From assembly GCA_051362555.1 (NCBI GenBank), contig CM120646.1, forward strand, positions 12,586,001-12,650,000: a stretch of 64,000 nt of DNA, read 5' to 3'. The notes beneath the pieces are model-generated. The model searched no databases and was not told where the DNA came from. It was given only the letters and a program-made list of their open reading frames with translations. Below, piece after piece: positions 55,401-64,000 of the stretch. Origin of the DNA: Lingula anatina. Lineage: Eukaryota > Animalia > Brachiopoda. The position numbers and the translations under genes were made by a program. Positions within the stretch are counted from its first letter, which is position 1. The number at the start of each line of letters is the position of its first letter.

Positions 55401-58400
55401 TATAAATCACTAACATGCTTGGATATTTAATCTTTTCATATGTTTGTGGCTTTGATGAACCCAACATTGACTATTTCTGTAGCTAAATTTAGGTATATGC
55501 TATGAACGTGTACACCGTCCTTTTCTACAACATAAATAATACGTAAACCGCTGAAATGCTGGCAAGCTCCATTTTAGTGAATGGGTTTCTGGGCCTCTAA
55601 ATTATGACATTAAATGACATACTTGGCCACATATCAGCAAGGGATGAACAGGTTTTTAAAAATGTTTCATACCTCCTGTAGTGTGGTCACCATCTGGTCC
55701 CGTGCTACTACTGGGTGTTTCACCTTTGTGCCTTATCCATTCTGCCCCACTGCGGTTCTTGTCATACATGAAATTACACATGGAGGTCTCTTCAAATGTG
55801 CAGTTTAATACAAATTCTGGCGGCTGTTGTGTTAATGCGGAATAAACTGTCATGCCTGGAAGTAAAAAGGTCCGTTTTAGTCCATATTTTATCCCAAAAT
55901 GGCCGATTCAGCGTCTTTACAATATAAACAATATATTTTATTCGTCCAAAGAACTTGGATCTCTAGACTAAAAGATGATGCCCTGTCTAACTGATTTTTA
56001 CAAGATGGGGACAGCAGTGACAATTGTTTCATCTCGAATCTCTCCTCTGTTATATCTAACAGATACCTCCACCTTGTATCACGCCAGGTCAACAGTTTAT
56101 TGGTTCAACACATCATCCTGTTTTGCATTAAAATCATGCAGAGCATCAGGGTAGATAGTTATGAATGAACAAAAGAGTACAAACCCGCGGATGCCTGGTC
56201 TGCCATTGTGGGGGCATCTGGTGCGGTGATGTCAACTGTAACGTCTTCAGTTGACATCACGGGGTGACTCTTGACAGTAAAGCTATCGGTTGTCATGGTG
56301 AAACTAACTGTTGTCATGGTTTCTACACATTCTCCTTCCTCCAGCACTACATCGTCAATGGCGATGTCTCCAAGGTAGGAAGACCCTCGCACTGCTATAA
56401 ACGCAAGGTCAAAGAACCCAGCGGGAATTTTCACTGTCGCATTTTTCCATCCCGGCCCTTGACCTCCTATTTAAAACGACCAATGAACGTAAATACGAGG
56501 GTATAATAAAAATGCATATTTCAAAATATTTCATTCAGTGGAGACTTGGTGCAAGTAAAAACAACCCTTTTTCTCTAACCGAATAGTTTTCTTACTTAAT
56601 CCAAGAATAAATGACAGACTTGTTCCTGCTGTTTTTCTAAAGAATGGTCTGCGACCAAGAACCAAAATGAACATGTTGTTTTATAAACATTTACATCTAC
56701 CAAGTTCCTTTGATTATTATGTTGGACTTTCTGGCACATATCGAATTGGATGAATAGTGGTAATCGACAAACCAAAAGTACCAAAAACAAAGTTCCAATT
56801 GATTTTTAGTATATATAACTATTTGAGCACGAATGCATGATTTTTTTCAAACCCAATTGGGCACTTATTCTACAGCTGTTAGATAATAATCCATTATCAC
56901 TTTTGCACACAACTAGTTGGAGTTAACTGTTTTCATTATTTAAAAATTTGCAGTTCCTATTTTTCCTTTTTACTCAAGAAATACCTTTAATTGACCATAG
57001 TCTCCTTTCGATGGCTCCATTTGTGTCCACAGCCACGAGTTTTAACTCTCCCAAGACATCCTTAGAACCAACATTATACATACTGTAAAAGAAACTGACA
57101 CAGCGCACTTGTCTTGACCCTGTGAACCGAGGGAATAAAAGCCTGGCTTCATCGCCCCTAGATTTATAGCTTGCTTCCATATACATGTAGTACCCACCTA
57201 GAAGACAAAATCCACATTTTGTATGGAAAGCAGAGCAAAAACGCCGTGTATAAAACATGGCTTTCCTTCGCGACCAATCAAACATATTTTTTTCTTATTT
57301 CAAAGCTTATCAACTGCGGATGTCGATAGAAAAAAGTGTTCACATGAACTAACGTAGGGGCCTACATCATGAAGACTATACACAGTATACCTGAATAAAC
57401 TTATTTCCATAAAGTTCAGTTTGTGTTATTCTTACATTTGGTGTAGTTTGTGCTATACCTTTAAGCATGCATATAACTATATTAAGCATCTTATTTACTT
57501 TTAAATAGTAAATGGTGTTAATCGCTAGCTGCATGTTTATTGTTCCCCTCTTTTCATCACTAGTACGTGTACAATGATCAGATAAGTACATGTGATGATA
57601 GTATCTATAAATATACACATTTTGCCTATTTGCAACCCCACAAAATAAACTTTGGTCACCCTACAGTTTGGAACTCATGATTATCACTATATTACTATTT
57701 TGTATTCGAGGTATGATAAACCTCAAAAATTGACAGATGACGTATTGGAAGTTTTGAGACAATCAAAGTAAAACAAACGCATAAACCACACTACCGAGAT
57801 TAAGAAAACATTTATATATCATTTATCAGGCAACATAAAGGGCGGATTACAACGTTGTTGCAACTTTTGATGATCTTGGAGGCCACTTACATATCAAATT
57901 ATATACACCAGTGTAAGCTGTCGATCAATATGTATATAATATAAAACATGATAATGCTCCTAGCCAACGTCAAGTATCGTAAAACAATACATTGTATATC
58001 TACATACCCCCCGTTGTATGATCTTCACTGGGTCCGGTGTTGGAACTAGGTGTGTTTCCGCTGTGCCTCAGCCATTCTGCTTTTCCGTGGTTCCTGTCGT
58101 ATGTGAAGTTACATATGGACGGCTCTTCGAATGTGCAGTTTACCAGCACTTTTTGGGAAGGTGAAGACTGTTGGACTGATAACTCTAGAACATGGATAAA
58201 ATGTGATCATCATTTTTCATTACAGATATATACGTGTGTGTGTGTGTGTGTGTGTGTGCGTGTGTGTGTGTACGTACGCACGCGTGCATGCGTGCTTGTG
58301 CGTGCGTGCGTGTGTGCCTGCGTGTGTGCGTGTGCGTGCGTGCAGACCTTGTGTAATGACGGCATTATCTACGGAGAGGTTGGAATGTGTCAACCTTGTT

Positions 58401-60157
58401 GACCCATTTGAACTCAAGTAGAGATTGTTTGTCACTGAGACATGGGAATAGGTAAACAACAACAGGAGTGAAAATTTACCTTCATCGATCCGAGTCACAT
58501 TGTCTGAAGTCTCCTCAAATCCAATCCAAGTCTCTCTTATATACTAATTCTGCAAGTTTATTTATGGAATTGATTCATTAGATATTGCTTGATTAAACAC
58601 AGTTCCGGAATTATCTGATGTAATGCTTTTGATATACACCTGAATATCAAGGTGGAATAAATTCATAAATATAGATTTAGGACATACCCAGGGTGGGAGG
58701 TCACAAATTACATATGACGTACCTTTTAACGCAACTGTCCCCGTGCAATCTGCTGGTACACCCTCTCATTAGATAAATTTGTCCTCGAATTTGTCATTAG
58801 GATAACGATTGGCTTTTTATAAATAATTATTAATACATGTATATTTTTCATTAATATGTTGTCTTCGTTCACTTAGTTAATTATTTGTTTTATTTTGCAA
58901 AAAAAAATCAGAAATTCATTAACAAGAACATTCAGATACTATTTCTCATTTTGTCACCTAGTTTAGTAAAATTGTGTCAACTCGACTCTTATCAAACTCT
59001 GCATGTTTCGCCTACACTTAATTGACTCCACTCGCATGCAGCTTGTCTCCGCAAAATCACTTAAGGTTTATAACGAAGCCAAGAAGGATCAGCATCCTTA
59101 TCAGTAGAATATCACCAATCCATGGATTGAACAATTATACCCTATGGATTTGTTGATTTGTGACATGAATAACTGGCTAGTAGACTATTCAATGATGAAT
59201 CACTACTATCCTCTGAATTACGAACCCCAGTCTAGCAATCATTCTGACAACTGAATAATGTTATCCAGTGTTGATGGAACTAGTAGCAGGTTAATTTACA
59301 CTCTGAGAGCACCATATCTGTGCACAATGTAACAACTAAATCACCCCACCCACCGGTGGCCTACCTTTATCAGGATTTTCCTGTATAGTATTGTAACTTG
59401 TCTAGGGTTGGATCAAATAAAGGATATCATGGAACAGGTGAAAATTACGGATGTAAAACCTCAATCTTTATTGAACAGAAAAAATCAATGTATCAAAAAA
59501 AATAAATTAACCATTACCGTAGGAAAAAACTTTACTGTAGGATCAAGCCCTAAGCTTTGAACTATACGCCCATGGATTATTGGTCTGATGCTATTCAATA
59601 TAATCAACTTTGTTCATTTTTTAGATCTTGACTTATTCACTCCTGTGTTAGGTGACCTTGCGAGCAAGTTTATCAGAATGTATTTCTTAAAATTTAGTTG
59701 AAATTATTCACTTGTTCATCATAAACACCAAATAACCGACAGGATTAATTTTAAGCAATAGCTGTCTCGAAATTCGACAGTAAGTTTATAGCAGGGAAAC
59801 GATATTCACCATAATCCAAATATACTATTACCATCACAAGGATGGCCTCTGCTCTACTTGTCAAATTACTATAGGAGCCTGAATTGCGGAACCGTTTCTC
59901 TTTCTTCTGTTACATGGAGATTTAAGTGCGGATTGAGTGCAGGGTGTTTTCTTTTCTGAAGAAACGCGAAAACCATGAATTTTTAGATGTTTGTAGATTT
60001 CCTCCTGGCCATATGGAAATTAATTCATTTTTACATGTAGATACAGACGTGCTTTTACTTTCATTTACACATCGTAATATTTAAAATGTCACTTACCTAT
60101 TGTAAATATCAACAATACGAAGTAATATACCGCGGAAAATATTTCTGGTCTAGTCAT
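52446..60157 (-). CDS. R6: two-MAM VNTR-mucin-stalk TM protein (~1016 aa), 9 exons: 60157-60097, 58184-58008, 57197-56985, 56466-56185, 55855-55673, 55327-55112, 54819-53209, 52939-52852, 52665-52446
   Basis: Signal exon MTRPEIFSAVYYFVLLIFTIG (paralog of R4 exon 1), two intact MAM triplets, Thr-rich stalk, TM MMPIIAGATGGGVAVLLTILIIVILMRR, tail TPYTDIYETP...IENPTY...TTEI. Joining exon 1 to 58184 is inferred from phase compatibility. Confidence 0.8.
54133..54510 (-). repeat. Coding tandem repeat, 42-nt unit (TTMTTPPSTTTATP), 9 near-perfect copies plus one detached copy near 54035-54075, in the R6 stalk
   Basis: Unit gtaggtgtggctgttgtagttgacggaggtgttgtcatagtg repeated with very few substitutions. 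Confidence 0.92.
58234..58343. repeat. (GT)n/(GCGT)n microsatellite
   Basis: Direct inspection. Confidence 0.9.
58343..58416 (-). pseudogene. Truncated dead MAM exon in R6 intron 1
   Basis: SSNGSTRLTHSNLSVDNAVITQGL matches R4 exon 4 SSTLSTVLTHSSLSVDNVVITRGPC. The donor side runs into a (GT/GC)n microsatellite and the 5' part is missing. Confidence 0.75.
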
Positions 60158-63100
60158 GTTTTACACAGCTGAATGATAAATATCCACAGGCGATATGTCA
60201 AGGTTTGAGGAACAAGAAAAAACTTTCCTTGCGATCTTTCGTTAATATTGGTAAATATTAGCACGGATAAAGACTTCATTGATTGGCTATTTGTTTATCT
60301 CAAGCCAACTTGACCTTCCGTCGTATTAACGTGCTTTCCAGTTAGTGATAAGTTCACGTGCCAACTTTATAATGATTTATAATGATTTATAATGGTTGCA
60401 CCCGTCGCTGTTTGAGATTAATAACTCGGCCGAAGGTAAGTTATGGATTCAACAATTGTTAGAAATATTTTATATATGTTGCGTTTTTTTTTTTCTGGCA
60501 AGAAAAAGTTTGGTTCGCTTTTGAGATAGCGCATAGCACGGACTGTGGTGGTACATGAAGCGTTGAGGAGCTTTACATTGAATTCTGATTGTAATCTTTG
60601 AAGGATTTAAAACAATATGCTTGGCAACGATGTCCACTTAATATGTTATAGTGGCTTACCGGTAGATATCACATTAGAAGTATAGTATAGTTGTTAGGAC
60701 ATCACTACGTATAAGACGGAACCACAGTAAAATCAAATATTGGTAAATTTACCTGGCAAGTGACCGCGGTTAAGTTTAGGGTGGCACTTTTAGGGGTGCA
60801 TATAATCTTGATACACGTATTGAGCATAAATGATATCTATACTAGGTGAAAAATATTTTACTGATTTCATAAAAAGAAATTCCCTGTGTAACTGAAATGA
60901 GTTCATATAATACAGCTGGTTTAGGGAAGCGGCATAATTTGCCTATAACGTATTAAACAATAGCATGGCTTCGGTTAAGGGATTTTTTTTAGGATTGGTA
61001 CAGGTAGAAAAATTTCTATTAAAACTAAAATTTTAGTTAGAACTAAAAATAAAGTAACAAATGAAGGAAAAATATTCGTGAGTATATGTGCTTACAAACT
61101 AACAGGTATAATTATGTATGATGAAAATTAATACAGTAGATGTATAATGCAATACGTGGATTTTGTAAAAAATTCGGAAAATTCAGTCCAAAAAAAATAT
61201 TTTTAGAAATAACACGTAAAATCCCGGGAAGACCAGAACGACCTAATGGACGTTTGATATCGTTTATATACGTGAACGCATCGTGATCTGTAGGCCTGCG
61301 TGTACAGTAAATATGTAAAAAGATAGAGTGTCACATCGTTACATTATATAGCAAATAACCTTCTGGAAAGAGAAGAACATGTATTGTTTTGCTTTTGCGT
61401 GCCTTTTCTACTCCTCGATTGCGTACAGTCGGAAATAGTCTTCATGACGTCACCAGACAATCATTTTGCTTGCGCTAGATTACATTTTGTACAGGTAAGA
61501 TGTGTTATATTTATTGAGCTATTCTTACTTGCACTTATACGACCTACTAAGATTGGTCGTCCTTTGTTATGTCGTCCCATCTCTAATAGAAACAGTCCTT
61601 AAGGCCCAAGAGAATACCACATAATCGGATCATAATGTCGACGTCATGCAGGAAGACTATGACAATTTACTCGCTTTTGAAGGAAACCTGATCAGAGTCT
61701 TAGGTTATGATTCAGTTCCCCCACTGTGTAAAATTTCATTGCGGAGACATCTCCATATGCAGCTCATTGGCGTTTTTGCCATCACTATTAGAACCTACAC
61801 CGGCCTCCCTGTCATTGTTCGTTTTTTCGTAGATGCCTACCGCCGATTTCTGCCTCCTAAAATAATAAGAACAACAGGTTTTACATTATAATGTTAAAAA
61901 CCAGACGTTTGTGTGGAAGAATAGCGATAGGTGTATGAGTAGAATGTGAGACAGTGAGCAGTGTTAAATTTAAGGGCAACGTTCATTAAGGTCTTGTAAT
62001 AAGTGAGGATACAGACGGCGACAACAAATCGATTGCGTTCGTACCTGTACTAAAAAAAACAGTTGAATCAAACTTCAAATGTTGCTTTTAAAAAGTAAGA
62101 AGTTTGTGTTGGAAGAAGATATACTTTAAGTGAAATGAAAATTTTAAGCTGACTCACAGTTTCACGGCAGCGATGACGGCTATAGTAACTATAACCAGAA
62201 GTCCTCCACCTCCTGCACCAGCAGCTATAGCTATGATTTCACCTAAAACAAAAAACCACATTCAATCATTTATAAGCGGGTGACAATATTTGATCGTTCC
62301 ATTATGCATCATGGTTCAAAAGTTGATCGGTGAATGTAAGTGGTATACATTATAACTTTAATCAATTAAATGCAGTCATAAATGCTAAAAATGCGATGCA
62401 AAATATAAAATAAAATTAAAATTAACGAAATCTCGGCAAATCCTCTACGCTAGAACAACATGGGGGACATTTAGATTTGGTCGTAGAATTGACCATTTCT
62501 CTTGCAGATTGATAGCACATGATTTTAACTTGGATGTCAAAACACTCCATTTGGGGTTCCTATACTCACAGAGTTTGTACATATTAGCGTCAGCAGGATG
62601 TGTTAGCGGGTTAGACACTGTCTTATCCAACTGGTACCCATTTTAAACCATAATCAGGTAATTACTACCCACACTGTACAATGTATGTCTGATACGCAAG
62701 CCAATTGTGGCATAATACAATTGTCTATGTTGGAAGACAGTAATTTGAGACCACATTCTTTAGTGTAAAGGACCAGCCAAAATCCGAAAATGCGCCATTA
62801 CCTTCTTTCCCCTTGTTTTTGTCTTTGTTTCGTTGTCTTGATTCCGTTGTTGAACTTGCTTTGACATTCGAATCACTATTTGTTGTAGAGGAAATCAAAT
62901 CAGTCGTTGCTGTGGTTGTTTCGAAATAAAGCACGTTACTGGCGTCATTCGAGACCGTCAGGAAAGGTGACGTATGACTATTTCCCACATTCACGGAAGA
63001 TGTCGCAGATGGTTGGTTTGCGTCGATTGCTTGTGTCACTCGAGACACCTGCTCAATCTGTTTGGAAACTGAATTTAATTCCATCAGTGTTGTGACTTCT

Positions 63101-63800
63101 AGCTGTGAATATGCTGTCGCTGACGGTGTTATTGTCGCCGGCGAAGCTGCTGGTACATGAAGAGTCGCATCTGCGGTGACAACTGATAGGTCAGGCAATG
63201 ACAACAGGATCGTAGCAACAGAAGAAGGAGAAAGAGACGAAGGTGTCTCACCAGATAACAAAGAAAATGTATCCAAAGTAGATGAAAGTGCTTCTGCTGC
63301 ACTTGAGGATGAAGCAAACACTTGTTGCGTGGATGCATACCCTACACCAGTAGTTGCAGAAAACATGTTCGAAAGCGTTGACAACTGAGTCATATATGAG
63401 TTATCCGTCGCCAAGACGGTGCTGGGCTTATACGTATATACATCAGAAGATGCAGGAGACCAAATGATTGAAGGTTCAAGTAAAGCGTTTGTCGCCGTAA
63501 ACATATCTACGTCAGTGTTTCTTAGACAAGTTCCATTTTCAAGTATGACGTCATCTATTGCTATGTCGCCAAATGGGCCTCCCCCACGGACAGCTATAAA
63601 AGCCAAGGCACTTGATCCATTTGTGATATTCACTACTGCTTGTTTCCAGTCCGGTCCTTGACTCCCTGTGAAACACGAAATTGACATACTTCGTCAGACA
63701 TGCAGTCTAGACATGCATATCAACGGTTGAGGATATTATTGTCTTTCCAACGTTTACAAACTTAAAAAGTCCTCAATAGTATAATGCTGCCTAATGCAAA
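60085..63800. repeat. Segmental duplication of ~44995-48760 (R4 exon 1/promoter, intergenic DNA and R5 3' half)
   Basis: Colinear similarity in coding and non-coding blocks, e.g. ttgtttatctcaag (45201/60291), gagttcat..aatacagctgg (45751/60901), cctactaagattggtcg (46480/61543), plus the TM and stalk exons. Confidence 0.85.
61736..63665 (-). CDS. R7 (5'-partial, continues beyond the window): close paralog of R5; exons 63665-62802, 62242-62158, 61856-61736
   Basis: Third MAM exon plus stalk aligns with R5 (GPDWKQAVVNITNG...GDIAIDDV...KDKNKGKEG). TM exon is 6 nt shorter than in R5. Tail RQKSAVGIYEK...MEMSPQ*. Confidence 0.85.
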
Positions 63801-64000
63801 AATATTATATTAAAATATGCATGTTAATCGTCATAGATCACCATAGATTTGAAAATACGATAGTGACCAGGAAAGAGTGCATTATTTCTCTGCGACTTTC
63901 AGTTTATCTATTTTGTAATTTGCCCTTAACTGAAATAAATCCATGCCCTCACATTAATTTATTGCTCTGTCTCCCCGTCTTTTCTTTGAAAGAATATCCC

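Overview
AT-rich, intron-containing eukaryotic DNA from an invertebrate animal (species cannot be identified from sequence alone). I rebuilt the genes by hand from GT-AG splice sites. Every internal exon set conserves reading frame. Left end: a complete 6-exon minus-strand gene for a secreted protein with four atypical Kazal domains joined by Pro/Arg-rich linkers, with a decayed Tc1-family transposon (TIRs, TA TSD) in its third intron. The rest (7.1 kb to beyond 64 kb) is a tandem cluster of at least seven related single-pass membrane proteins, here called R1-R7. All share the plan: signal peptide, 1-7 MAM domains, Thr/Ser/Pro-rich mucin stalk, Gly-rich TM helix, and a short cytoplasmic tail with Tyr-based motifs (NPxY/F, YxxP, ITIM/ITSM-like). 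Each MAM domain is encoded by the same three phase-1 exons. The cluster shows signs of birth-and-death evolution: a triplicated [MAM-A, MAM-B, stalk] unit, segmental duplications, a chimeric gene with a dead MAM exon, an orphan promoter/first exon, and young coding VNTRs in the stalks. This MAM-mucin receptor array is the candidate novel system. Its function (immune/allorecognition, adhesion or endocytosis) is inference only.
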